From positions 32,001 to 96,000 of the IMG/VR virus record IMGVR_UViG_3300013121_000020: DNA of 64,000 nt; one strand, 5' to 3'. Below, piece after piece: positions 37,568-46,883 of the stretch. Source of the stretch: a virus. Taxonomy: Duplodnaviria > Caudoviricetes. The notes under the pieces are model-generated. The model worked only from the letters and a program-made list of their open reading frames with translations, was not told where the DNA came from and searched no databases. Made by a program: the position numbers and the translations under genes. Positions within the stretch are counted from its first letter, which is position 1; the number at the start of each line of letters is the position of its first letter.

Positions 37568-40414
37568 ATGGCAGTTTATCTTTCACCCGGTGTATTCCCG
37601 CGTGAGATCGATCTCAGCGTACTGCCGACAGCAGTTGGTCCATTGCGTCCCGCCTTTATCGGGACGGCTAAGAAGGGACCACTAAACCAAGCTGTGCTTG
37701 TGACAACATCACAACAGGCAATCGACACATTTGGTGAACCATTTCCATCATCCCATCTCATGTACGCTGTGTTAGCATACCTTGAAGAAGGTAATCAATG
37801 CTACGTTATGCGGGTTGGGGTTGAATGCGAAACTGGCCAACCAGAAGAACTATCATCAATCTGTATAGACACAAGTGGTGGGCGAGGTTCTGGTTGGGGC
37901 AGGATTCCCCTCTTTACTGGGATCGATTTTGGTCGTCTCAATTTTAGAGAAATCACGACTGAAAGCCCAGTCAGTTTCCATGCGGCAAGCGTCAGTGATA
38001 TTACATATAACGATGTGGATGTTTCAACAACGCAAGGGGCAACTACCGCAACATTGAGTGTTACTGGGACTTATAGTGGAGATATTGAAGATTCGTTTGT
38101 GATGGTGATTACTGGTCCGCCAACTGTGTCGGCGGCTGATAAGATTGAAGGCGCAACATTCCAAATTATTCGCAATTCTGATGGTGAAATTGTTGCTAGT
38201 GGGAATTTGAATGACCCAGATTATAACGGCACATCGCAATTGATCGTTCTTGATAATGGTCTTAGTGTGCAAGTTATAGTCACCGCTGGTGTTTTGGATG
38301 AGAATGATACATTCACATTCAAAGTTCACCCAGATAATAGAGTGTTTTCGATTTCGGTTGAAGGTGGTGTGGCTAACTCATATACGATGCCAACTGCCAC
38401 TTACACAACCGCAGCAGCATTTAAAACCGCATTTAACGCATTATTAAGTAGTGAAGATTACCTCATGATCGAGTATACTCTCGATGATGGGGTGACTGTG
38501 ATTCCACAGGTGCGAACAACAGTCGCTGGTGAACGAATTCAATTGATGACAACGTCTGCGTTTGCGATTGAAGTTGGTTCGCAGCGATATGCGTGGGATA
38601 TCCCACGTTCATATCTGCTTGGGGTTGATGCTGGCCCATATGACATTTCGACTCAAAATAACAGACTAAAAGTGAATGTTATTGGAGACGAAACGACAAA
38701 AACTGTTGAGTTTAATGTTCCGGTCGGTGTTGGTCAAACCGCAACAAACATTGCTCAATCGATTGATGTGGCTGGTGTTGTGGACGGTGAGGTTTTGTGG
38801 GATTCGTTTGCATTAACTGTCCCAGGTGGATCGCAGCATGTAGTGATGGTAACAGTTATTGACCATCAATTTGACACTTTACAATTGATGGCCAATTACT
38901 CCAATTTGAAGACGTTACGTTTTGCTGAAGAATTAAACATTCCGTTCCCTTATAAGCGTTCGTATCGTGGGTTTAGTGATAATCGATTGACTTTACCTTC
39001 ATCTGGTGCGGTCACAGCTAGCACTCCACTTTCGTGTGAAGTTGATCCGCTAAGTAGTGATTGTGCATCGGATACTGCATACTTCCAAAACATTGTTGGT
39101 TGGCTGGTAGCACCAAGCCCTGGGACTTGGATTGATGGATATTCAGCTACTTTGGAAGTGTTCACTGAATCGAGTGCTCCGAGTGGTGTGTATAAGATTA
39201 CTATAAAGGATGCTAATAGGGCGGTTGTTGAAGTAATTGAAAACATTACTTTCGATAAACGAGACGATCGATACATTGCCAATGTTATCAATCCTGGAAC
39301 GAAATATGGTGGCACAAGTGGCAATGTTTTTGTGAACTGGGAAGAACGACCAGCATATCTCGACAATGATGTTAATTTAACATCATTTGCTGTGCGATAT
39401 CCATCTCAGTTTTCGGAGAAACAATATGAAGGACAAGCTGATGGTATTCCAACTGATCCAGCTTATTCTTCAGAATTAGATTCTGTGGTGATTGGTAATC
39501 CAGCAACCTCAAGCGGTTTATACGCATTCCAGAACCCTGAATCTATTGATATTAATATTTTGTGTACTCCAGGTTTTTCTACTGGAGCAGTTATTGGCAC
39601 AGCTTTGCAAATGTGTGAAAGCCGTGGAGATGTTCTTTATATTGTTGATCCTCCGTTTGGTTTAAGACCACAACAAGTAGTTGATTGGCACAATGGTATG
39701 CTGTTGTCCGATCTTAAATCGGCAATTAATTCAAGTTATGGATCATTGTATTGGGGATGGTTAAGAACTTTCGACCAATTTTCGAATAGTGAAATTTGGG
39801 TTCCACCATCTGGGCATGTTGCAGCAGTATTCAGTAGAACTGCTCGCGACACAGAACAATGGTTTGCACCTGCTGGTTTGCGACGTGGAAGACTGTTAAC
39901 TGCCTTGGATGTTGAATATAGCCCAACACAAGGTGAACGTGATCTGTTGTATGGATCTGGAAATTCTGTGAATCCAATTGTAAAGTTCCCGCAAGACGGG
40001 ATTACAGTGTGGGGTCAACGAACGCTCCAGAGAACACAATCAGCACTTGATAGAGTTAGTGTTCGAATGTTGTTGATACATTTGAAGAAGAATTTGATTC
40101 AATTGTTACGAAACTTCATTTTCGAACCAAACGATAGAATCTTGTGGAAACAAGTGCTGGCATCTGTCAATCCGTTCTTGTCTGATATACAGGCTCGTCG
40201 TGGCTTGCAAGCGTTTAATGTGATATGTGACGAGTCTAATAACACTCGTGAACGGATTGATCGCAACGAATTGTGGATATCAGTGTTCTTTAAACCAACG
40301 AAGACAGTTGAATTCGTTGTGTTGAATTTGGTGGCATTAAGAACTGGAGCCAGCTTTGCTGCTGAAGAAGTGTTGGCTGCTGGTGGTGTTGTGCCACTAG
40401 CAACTGCTACATAA
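37568..40414 (+). CDS. contractile tail sheath protein (gp18-like)
   Basis: YLSPGVFPREIDLS, FIG.A.KGP, FG.P, WVPPSG, WFAPAG..RG, NPI..F...G..VWGQRT, RV.VR.L, FEPND, CDESNNT, P.KT.EF. Confidence 0.96.
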   Translation: MAVYLSPGVFPREIDLSVLPTAVGPLRPAFIGTAKKGPLNQAVLVTTSQQAIDTFGEPFPSSHLMYAVLAYLEEGNQCYVMRVGVECETGQPEELSSICIDTSGGRGSGWGRIPLFTGIDFGRLNFREITTESPVSFHAASVSDITYNDVDVSTTQGATTATLSVTGTYSGDIEDSFVMVITGPPTVSAADKIEGATFQIIRNSDGEIVASGNLNDPDYNGTSQLIVLDNGLSVQVIVTAGVLDENDTFTFKVHPDNRVFSISVEGGVANSYTMPTATYTTAAAFKTAFNALLSSEDYLMIEYTLDDGVTVIPQVRTTVAGERIQLMTTSAFAIEVGSQRYAWDIPRSYLLGVDAGPYDISTQNNRLKVNVIGDETTKTVEFNVPVGVGQTATNIAQSIDVAGVVDGEVLWDSFALTVPGGSQHVVMVTVIDHQFDTLQLMANYSNLKTLRFAEELNIPFPYKRSYRGFSDNRLTLPSSGAVTASTPLSCEVDPLSSDCASDTAYFQNIVGWLVAPSPGTWIDGYSATLEVFTESSAPSGVYKITIKDANRAVVEVIENITFDKRDDRYIANVINPGTKYGGTSGNVFVNWEERPAYLDNDVNLTSFAVRYPSQFSEKQYEGQADGIPTDPAYSSELDSVVIGNPATSSGLYAFQNPESIDINILCTPGFSTGAVIGTALQMCESRGDVLYIVDPPFGLRPQQVVDWHNGMLLSDLKSAINSSYGSLYWGWLRTFDQFSNSEIWVPPSGHVAAVFSRTARDTEQWFAPAGLRRGRLLTALDVEYSPTQGERDLLYGSGNSVNPIVKFPQDGITVWGQRTLQRTQSALDRVSVRMLLIHLKKNLIQLLRNFIFEPNDRILWKQVLASVNPFLSDIQARRGLQAFNVICDESNNTRERIDRNELWISVFFKPTKTVEFVVLNLVALRTGASFAAEEVLAAGGVVPLATAT

Positions 40415-40423
40415 TTGTTATTA

Positions 40424-40449
40424 GTGTGGGGGACATATGTCCCCCACAC
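40424..40449. terminator. perfect 26-bp palindrome between convergent genes (likely bidirectional terminator)
   Basis: GTGTGGGGGACAT|ATGTCCCCCACAC between the sheath (+) and deaminase (-) stop codons. Confidence 0.75.
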
Positions 40450-40451
40450 AT

Positions 40452-40877
40452 TTATCGTCGCATTAATTTAGAACCGGGCAATTCTAGAAAGCCAACTTCT
40501 GAAGAGAAATAGAAATTTTTACACCCGACTGCTGATAGCAATTCAAAACATGGTCTGCATGGTTTGCTTAGACGTAATTTACCAAGTTTGTTTAGTCTAA
40601 TGTTAATAATCTCAAAAAAGCCGTCTTCAAGAATTCCTCTTGCGCGTTTATATGCCCATATTTCAGCGTGAAATTTTGGGACAAATGTAATGTCATTTTT
40701 GCTGCTGTGATATCCATAATGTAATGGTGGTTCTAGACGTCCATTAGTTGCCCATTCTACAATTTGATTGTGTTGCACTATGAACGCATAGTGGATAAAT
40801 CCTTTGATACGTTCCGGGTGGTGTTTCAGTTTGGTTTGAGCGGTTTTAATAGCAGAATATAATAAATTCTTCTTCAT
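40452..40877 (-). CDS. zinc-dependent cytidine/deoxycytidylate deaminase-like protein
   Basis: HAE and SKPCRPC motifs. Confidence 0.8.
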   Translation of the reverse strand: MKKNLLYSAIKTAQTKLKHHPERIKGFIHYAFIVQHNQIVEWATNGRLEPPLHYGYHSSKNDITFVPKFHAEIWAYKRARGILEDGFFEIINIRLNKLGKLRLSKPCRPCFELLSAVGCKNFYFSSEVGFLELPGSKLMRR

Positions 40878-40921
40878 AACACTATGTGGCAGTGTACTAA
40901 TGTTGATAAATATTGATGTGA

Positions 40922-42235
40922 TTAATGTGATGGTTCATATATAAAACACAATTTTGGGCCTCCCCATTTTTTGATATATCCAAATTTTTCAGCGAATTGG
41001 CTTTCTGTGAGTTTTAAATTTACAGCACGATTATAAAGTGTCTTTTTATGCATGACAAAGCCGTCTTTATCAACATACCAATAATCTGGATTTGTTTGAT
41101 GGTGGAGTTTGAAATTTGCTGCTTTATAAACAGCGCCAGTATGACCAACAGTTGTGTCAGCAAATGCTATAACTGCTTTATAGTTTTTAACAAGTTTTGC
41201 TAACCACCAACTAAGCAGATTGTGTTTGTGATAATTTGGATGTACACATAGTCGTGCTAATTCGACGGTGTTGGGTGGAAATTGGTGTGCCATGTTTTGT
41301 CGCGGGAGTGGACTAAATCGACTCACAGCGATTAATTTATTTTCTAGCCATAGTCCAAAATCAGTTCCTCCTCTAGAGCTTGTTAAATAATGATATTTAG
41401 ATAAAAATTTATTCGATTCTTCTCTGCTTAATTGATTACTATACAATTGAGATAATTTGAATTGTGTTGTTTCAATTGCGAGATTGAGTTTTAATTTAAG
41501 ACGATCTAACACACGATCTTTGGTTGCAAATTCATGTTCCCAAATATACATGATTTCATATTCTGGAAAATATCGTTGTATATATGTGAATTTTGAACGA
41601 TCATTACGAATAGCTTTTGGTAATGAATGCCAATAATCTCCTTGACATTCGATTAAGATTGATCGGGGTTTATGTGGAATTAAACAATCGAATGAATAAA
41701 ATCCGATAGTTGTGTTTGGACCTTCTTTGTGATGTTCTACTCCGAGATTTGTTAAATATTCATATAAAATTGTCTGTAGTGATGATGTTTTTTGTCTGCT
41801 TAAATTGTTTAATGCGGCGATTCGATATGAGTTGTCTAACCATCTTTGTCGTAGTCCGATTGATATTTTTTCTCGTGTTTCTGGAGTTGCAAGAGCTGTT
41901 TTTACATTATTTATTATTTTTGTTCTGTATTCTAGAATTGTCCATAATTTTAATGTTCTAATTGATTGTTGTTTTTTATATTCATCAGTTGTATTTGCCG
42001 CGATACTTGCTGCGGTGATTTTCGCTCTAAAATCTGATCGTTTCCATAAAGTTTTGCTTTGTTCGGAACGGCGTTCTGAAGAGCCACTATATTTTCCTGT
42101 CACACCAGCTAACTTTGCTGCACATTTTTGACATAAATATACGCCATTCTTCTTTATGTTGGCTTTGTAAGTGTCGCGGCGTACTAAACCAGACCACCCA
42201 CAGTTACAATTGGCGTGTTCACGTGGTCTAGCCAT
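40922..42235 (-). mobile_element. antisense fusion gene: zinc ribbon + helical repeats + Vsr/DUF559-like nuclease + Mom-like GNAT domain
   Basis: YSFDCLI..ILIECQGDYWHS..D..K..IWE nuclease; FLSKYHYL..GL..LIAV..VELARLCV..FADTTVGHTGAVYKAANF Mom-family pattern. Start MARPREH with GGAG RBS. Confidence 0.72.
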
Positions 42236-42304
42236 ACGATTCTCCAGCAAAACTATATTGAATAGCATGTTGCTATCTAAAAATACATTTGCCGAGGGTT
42301 TCAA

Positions 42305-42886
42305 ATGCCCGGCTTTAATATTGCACCATATGGTGGTGGTTACTCAGTACAAGGGCCTTCTAACGTCCTTGAAACTCGGCGCAAGCACCGTTGGGTGTTT
42401 GAGACGATTGGCAGAGGTACTGGTAGCTTTTCTCAGACAGAATTACTAGTGTTGCAGTCTGCATCTCGTCCGAGTTTTAAATTCGAAGAACCTGAGATGC
42501 ATCACAATCAAGAAGTATCCCGTTTTGCTGGTAAGCAAGATTGGGAACCGATTACTATGACGTGGTATGATGTTCAACAAGATCCTGACGTTTCGCGTGG
42601 GATCTATATGTGGATTGAGACTGTTGTTAACATGTTCTCATTACAGGTTGCTCATCCTAGATTATATAAAAAGACTGCTGTTCTTTTGATGATTGATGGT
42701 GTTGGTCAAACTACTGAACGATGGACGATGCTTGGGACATGGCCATCAACTTGCAATTGGCAAGAATTAGATTACACTTCCACTGATATTCAAACATTGG
42801 AAGCGACAATGAGATATGATCGTGCGGTGCGTGATTGCGTTGCTCCGATTTCTCCGCAACCAATTTCGCCAAACTGCCCAGTTTGA
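42305..42886 (+). CDS. tail tube protein (gp19-like), copy 1
   Basis: E.RRKHRW, ASRP.F.FEE, FAGK..WEPIT.T.YD, E.W...G.WP.....LDY, MRYDRA. Confidence 0.88.
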   Translation: MPGFNIAPYGGGYSVQGPSNVLETRRKHRWVFETIGRGTGSFSQTELLVLQSASRPSFKFEEPEMHHNQEVSRFAGKQDWEPITMTWYDVQQDPDVSRGIYMWIETVVNMFSLQVAHPRLYKKTAVLLMIDGVGQTTERWTMLGTWPSTCNWQELDYTSTDIQTLEATMRYDRAVRDCVAPISPQPISPNCPV

Positions 42887-42894
42887 TAATTAGT

Positions 42895-42940
42895 AGAAGG
42901 CAATGGGGTACTATAACACCCATTGCCTTCTTGCTTATTT
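42895..42940 (+). terminator. probable intrinsic terminator after tail tube gene
   Basis: 13-bp stem AGAAGGCAATGGG / CCCATTGCCTTCT followed by TGCTTATTT. Confidence 0.7.
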
Positions 42941-42986
42941 GCAAATATAAGCAGTGTTTGCAATTCGCTTGATTGTGGGAGGCGCA

Positions 42987-43577
42987 ATGCCTGGTTTTAG
43001 AATACCAGTCCCAAATTATTGTGGAGTTACTGATTTTGGCGATGGGCCAAGCAATACTGTTGAAACAGCACGTAGACATCGTTATTCTCTAGAGGTCTTA
43101 GAGCCGCTTGGTGATAAATACACAGGATTGTTATTATTTGGATATAAATGTACAAGACCGACAATTGAATTTGATGAGATGGCGATTCATAATGGTCAAG
43201 ATGAAATTTTTCGTCCTGGTAAACAACATTGGAAACCAGTTGATTTCAGTTTTTATGAAAAGCTTGATGGCGACAATGTTTTATCTAATCAAGCGGCTGA
43301 ATTAATTTATGGGTGGTGGGGCTTCACTATGGTTAATGTGTGGAGTTCATTACATCAAGAACCAGCAAAATATTTAAAAAATATTCAACTTGATTTGTTA
43401 GATGGTTCTGGAAAAACAGTATGGGTATATGAGTTGTTAGATTCTTGGCCATCACGTATATCACCAAGTCAACTAGATTATACTGATACTGCGATTGCTG
43501 ATATTACTGTTACTATTAGATATTCTAAAGCACGAGAAGGTCAATTTCCTTTTGGCATAGACACCTCGGCTCTTTGA
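42987..43577 (+). CDS. tail tube-like protein, copy 2
   Basis: GGAGG RBS; MPGF start; RRHRY, TRP.IEFDE, PGK..W.PV, WP.....LDY, IRY. Confidence 0.8.
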   Translation: MPGFRIPVPNYCGVTDFGDGPSNTVETARRHRYSLEVLEPLGDKYTGLLLFGYKCTRPTIEFDEMAIHNGQDEIFRPGKQHWKPVDFSFYEKLDGDNVLSNQAAELIYGWWGFTMVNVWSSLHQEPAKYLKNIQLDLLDGSGKTVWVYELLDSWPSRISPSQLDYTDTAIADITVTIRYSKAREGQFPFGIDTSAL

Positions 43578-43591
43578 ATTTGGAGGGTGGT

Positions 43592-44122
43592 ATGCCTGGA
43601 TTTATGATAGATAGGTTTGGCGGAGAGAGAATTCATACTCAACCATTGGGTGGTAAACGACAATATTATTATAATTATTTTTGGGAAATTGAAGACTTAT
43701 TTGAAACGAAATTATTTAGCACTACTGATGCACTTATTTCGTTGAAAGATGTCACATTACCAACATTTACTGTTAGTAAAGAAACATATGTTGGTAGCAC
43801 TTTAGAGTACAAGTTTGCTAAAAATGTGACATGGGAAGATATTAAGGTGAGTTGGTATGATTCAGAGGGTCTTTTACCGTTTGTGAAAGGTTGGAGAGAA
43901 TCGGTATGGACACCAAACACTGGTTTACAAATGTCAAATGAATATAAGAAAATTTCAATAATACATCATTTTTTACCAACTGGAAAAAGAAATAATAAAT
44001 GGCGTCTTATTAATAGTTGGCCATCTCAGATTAGAAATGGTGAATTGACATATACAAGCAGTGAGATAAAATTGGTTGAAGTTACCATAACCTATGATTG
44101 GGCTGAAGAAACGCCCGGTTAG
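43592..44122 (+). CDS. tail tube-like protein, copy 3 (possible tube initiator)
   Basis: GGAGG RBS; MPGF start; LP.F, FAK.V.W.DI.V.WYD, W.L..SWP.....LTY, VTITYDWA. Confidence 0.8.
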   Translation: MPGFMIDRFGGERIHTQPLGGKRQYYYNYFWEIEDLFETKLFSTTDALISLKDVTLPTFTVSKETYVGSTLEYKFAKNVTWEDIKVSWYDSEGLLPFVKGWRESVWTPNTGLQMSNEYKKISIIHHFLPTGKRNNKWRLINSWPSQIRNGELTYTSSEIKLVEVTITYDWAEETPG

Positions 44123-44167
44123 TATATAGTAAGAAGCAAAATACACATCATTATTATGGTGATTAAT

Positions 44168-45196
44168 ATGGAAGAAGAACTAAACATTAATGCTCCTAGT
44201 GATCCAATTTCTAAGAAACAAGCTCAAGATCAGCAGTCAGAAGAAGATCATGCCAATCGTATGGATGGTAAGGTTGGCGATTTGAGTGATGTCGCTGCTC
44301 CTGGGCAAACTAATGAAGAATTTATTCATAGGTTGCTGCAGGTTCCCAGTGACCGATTGATTCCATGGGAAGAATGCTGGTTGCCAAGTAAGGGTATTTA
44401 TTATGGATGGCCAGATGGGTTAGTTAAAGTTAAGGCTATGGGGCAAGTTGCGGAAAAGATTTTATCAACGCAGAGACTAGCCCAAACTGGACAATCTATT
44501 GATTATTTATTTAGGGAATGTTGTCAGTTTCCGAATGGATTCGATCCAGTTGATTTGTTGCTTGGCGATAGAATATTTATGTTATATTTTATCCGTGGTA
44601 TTACTCACGGTAATATGTATGAGTTTGTGATTACATGTCCAAATGTAAACTGTGAAGCTGTTAGTACGCATACTTATGATCTTAATGATCTTGCTCAAAC
44701 GATTAATTGGGCGAAGCCAGAACTTGGTCGGGAACCATTTCAAGTGGACTTGCCATATATTTCAGCAGCTACTAAACGTCGTGTGTGGGTTGGAGTTCGA
44801 TTTTTGCGTGCTTCTGATGCGAGTGATATTCTTGCAAAGCGTAAGACACGGAAGAAGATGTTTGCAAAACCAGGTGGTGTTCGCACAAGAAGTAGGTCTG
44901 GACAGCAGTCAGTTGATCCGCGACAGCAGGCTGAGCAAAATCAGATGTTGGATGATACCATTTCTCACAATATGGAGAAGATTATTGTTAATGTTTTAGG
45001 CATTAACGATTTGTTCACTGTTCGTGATTTTATTTCTAAAATGCATGCTCAAGATACAGCTGCGGTCAGAGAATGGCTGCGGGAGAATACTCCGGGTATC
45101 GACAACACTGTAACTGTTACCTGCCCAGAGTGCAGTAACGAGTTTACAGTTGAGTTGCCGATCACGGACTCATTTTTTCGCCCGTCAAAGTCCTGA
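44168..45196 (+). CDS. baseplate hub / tail assembly chaperone (gp26-like)
   Basis: LPSKG..Y, V..M....EKIL, L.LGDR...L..IR....G..Y, CP...C and CPEC, PGID, terminal FFRP. Confidence 0.8.
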   Translation: MEEELNINAPSDPISKKQAQDQQSEEDHANRMDGKVGDLSDVAAPGQTNEEFIHRLLQVPSDRLIPWEECWLPSKGIYYGWPDGLVKVKAMGQVAEKILSTQRLAQTGQSIDYLFRECCQFPNGFDPVDLLLGDRIFMLYFIRGITHGNMYEFVITCPNVNCEAVSTHTYDLNDLAQTINWAKPELGREPFQVDLPYISAATKRRVWVGVRFLRASDASDILAKRKTRKKMFAKPGGVRTRSRSGQQSVDPRQQAEQNQMLDDTISHNMEKIIVNVLGINDLFTVRDFISKMHAQDTAAVREWLRENTPGIDNTVTVTCPECSNEFTVELPITDSFFRPSKS

Positions 45197-45431
45197 TGAA
45201 TATGAACGTGCGTGGAATCAGATTATGGAACAACAGTTCCAATTGAAGTTCCATGGACATTATGATTTATTTGAACAATCGACAATGACGGCTGAAGAGC
45301 GCACATGGATTCTTAAACGTCTCGAAAAGGAATTTAAAGATAGAGCAGAACGTGAGAAGGCACAAATGGGTTCTGTGCGTCGTCCATCTATGCCATCAGT
45401 AAGGAAACCAAGTATTTCACGTAAGCGATGA
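45177..45431 (+). CDS. small tail-assembly protein (gp51/gpT-like), possibly reached by +1 frameshift
   Basis: Overlaps the previous gene in the +1 frame; QF.L..HG....E...M...ER.W...RL pattern; no good RBS before its first ATG. Confidence 0.65.
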   Translation, partial: FARQSPDEYERAWNQIMEQQFQLKFHGHYDLFEQSTMTAEERTWILKRLEKEFKDRAEREKAQMGSVRRPSMPSVRKPSISRKR

Positions 45432-45496
45432 CAAATAAATTTTAGTTATTCTAATACATATAGGAGGCAAAAGTAATATAAGATGTGAGGTACATA

Positions 45497-46387
45497 ATGA
45501 GTTGCCCTCAACTACTTAATTCACACCCGCGAATATCCGCGAGACGTGGTGCGGTTGTGGATCTCAATGTTGATTTTTTCAAGAATGGTATTTTGACTGA
45601 TCCATATGCAATTCGACATGTTGAAATTTATAAAACACAAGTTCTTCCACACAATTTAGTTACAACAATTCCGATTGCAGAATTAGAAGATTCTTTATAT
45701 CCGGCACCATTATGCAGAGACTATCAAGATAGCACTGGTGCAGAAACAACATCCGGTGATGCTGATGCTACTTTAGTAGCGGGTCGATTTCATCTTCCAT
45801 ATTTCGTGCCACTAGACTTTATAGTGCCAGATGTTTATTTTGATGTGTGGTATTATTTTGCAGAAAATCCGTGTGATGATGATTTAAGCGGAACTGGAAC
45901 CGATTTTACATCTGGTCCTGGCACAGCTTGTAATTTAAATAATCCTGAATTTGATACTGTATTATTGAAATCATGTAATAGATTTTGGATTTATCCAGAA
46001 GAGTGGTTTGTTAGCGATCGGTTACAGACTTTACGATTTGGATTTGAACCATTAGACCAACGTTTTCAATCGCCTGAAAAGCGGCCTTTGGAAGTTGGGT
46101 TGATGCCTCTTCCATTGTATGATTTCAATTATAATTTGGTTACTCCAATAATTCCATTTTTGCAACCAACTATTACTATTAGAACACAACGATGTGAACT
46201 ATTAGTTGATAATGAACCTTGTAGAATTGGTATAAGACAAGGGTCGTATCGAACCAATCCATGGGTCATTCAATATGACCTTGACACAAATAAATTCTTA
46301 AAGGGGACATATCAATATCAAATCACGTTGACATTACCAGATAGTTCGACAAGAGTTAGTAGACCATTTATCTTAGTGATAGCATAG
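45497..46387 (+). CDS. hypothetical virion protein
   Basis: GAGG RBS and upstream CAAAAGTA; Ig-like C-terminus (GTYQY.ITL). Confidence 0.65.
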   Translation: MSCPQLLNSHPRISARRGAVVDLNVDFFKNGILTDPYAIRHVEIYKTQVLPHNLVTTIPIAELEDSLYPAPLCRDYQDSTGAETTSGDADATLVAGRFHLPYFVPLDFIVPDVYFDVWYYFAENPCDDDLSGTGTDFTSGPGTACNLNNPEFDTVLLKSCNRFWIYPEEWFVSDRLQTLRFGFEPLDQRFQSPEKRPLEVGLMPLPLYDFNYNLVTPIIPFLQPTITIRTQRCELLVDNEPCRIGIRQGSYRTNPWVIQYDLDTNKFLKGTYQYQITLTLPDSSTRVSRPFILVIA

Positions 46388-46400
46388 GAGAATCAATGTT

Positions 46401-46883
46401 ATGGGGAATGCGATTCTTGAGGGTTCGCCATCCATTGTTCGATTACGAGAATTGTCAAATTCTCTTAACTTAGAGGAAAGGAATCTTTATAATTTCTTTA
46501 ATCAGTCATCGGATCTACTAGCTATCATTAGTGCTGATGGAATGTTTGTGAAAGCTAATGAATCGTGGCATAAATTTCTTGGATGGGAAATGCATGAACT
46601 CATGCAGAAACCGTGGTTGCATCTAATACACCCTGCAGATATAACCAAAGTCCGAGATGTGGTCGGGCATCTTGTTGCTCACGATGTTGATCGTTTTCAT
46701 TGTCGTGTGCAATGTAGTGATAATAGACATGTTGTAGTGGAGTTCTCAGCTACTAAGTGGAATAATGGGCACTCTAATCTCATAGGTAGAATAGTGCCAG
46801 ATGCGTGCTTTGAATGTCCTAATACTAGTTCTCGCATAAATTGGAGACCCCATGCCTGCAGCACCGCCAAACAAGGGGGGTAA
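46401..46883 (+). CDS. stand-alone PAS-domain protein
   Basis: FFNQSSDLLAIIS.DG.F...N.SW...LGW...EL...PW..LIHP.D, F.CR....D; AGGAG RBS. Confidence 0.85.
   Translation: MGNAILEGSPSIVRLRELSNSLNLEERNLYNFFNQSSDLLAIISADGMFVKANESWHKFLGWEMHELMQKPWLHLIHPADITKVRDVVGHLVAHDVDRFHCRVQCSDNRHVVVEFSATKWNNGHSNLIGRIVPDACFECPNTSSRINWRPHACSTAKQGG

Noticed and set aside
29586-42235. Group I introns or inteins housing the nucleases
   Set aside because: The flanking structural genes are uninterrupted and the nucleases are intergenic and antisense; no splice-junction or intein motifs were seen in RecA, helicase, ligase or the visible RNR.
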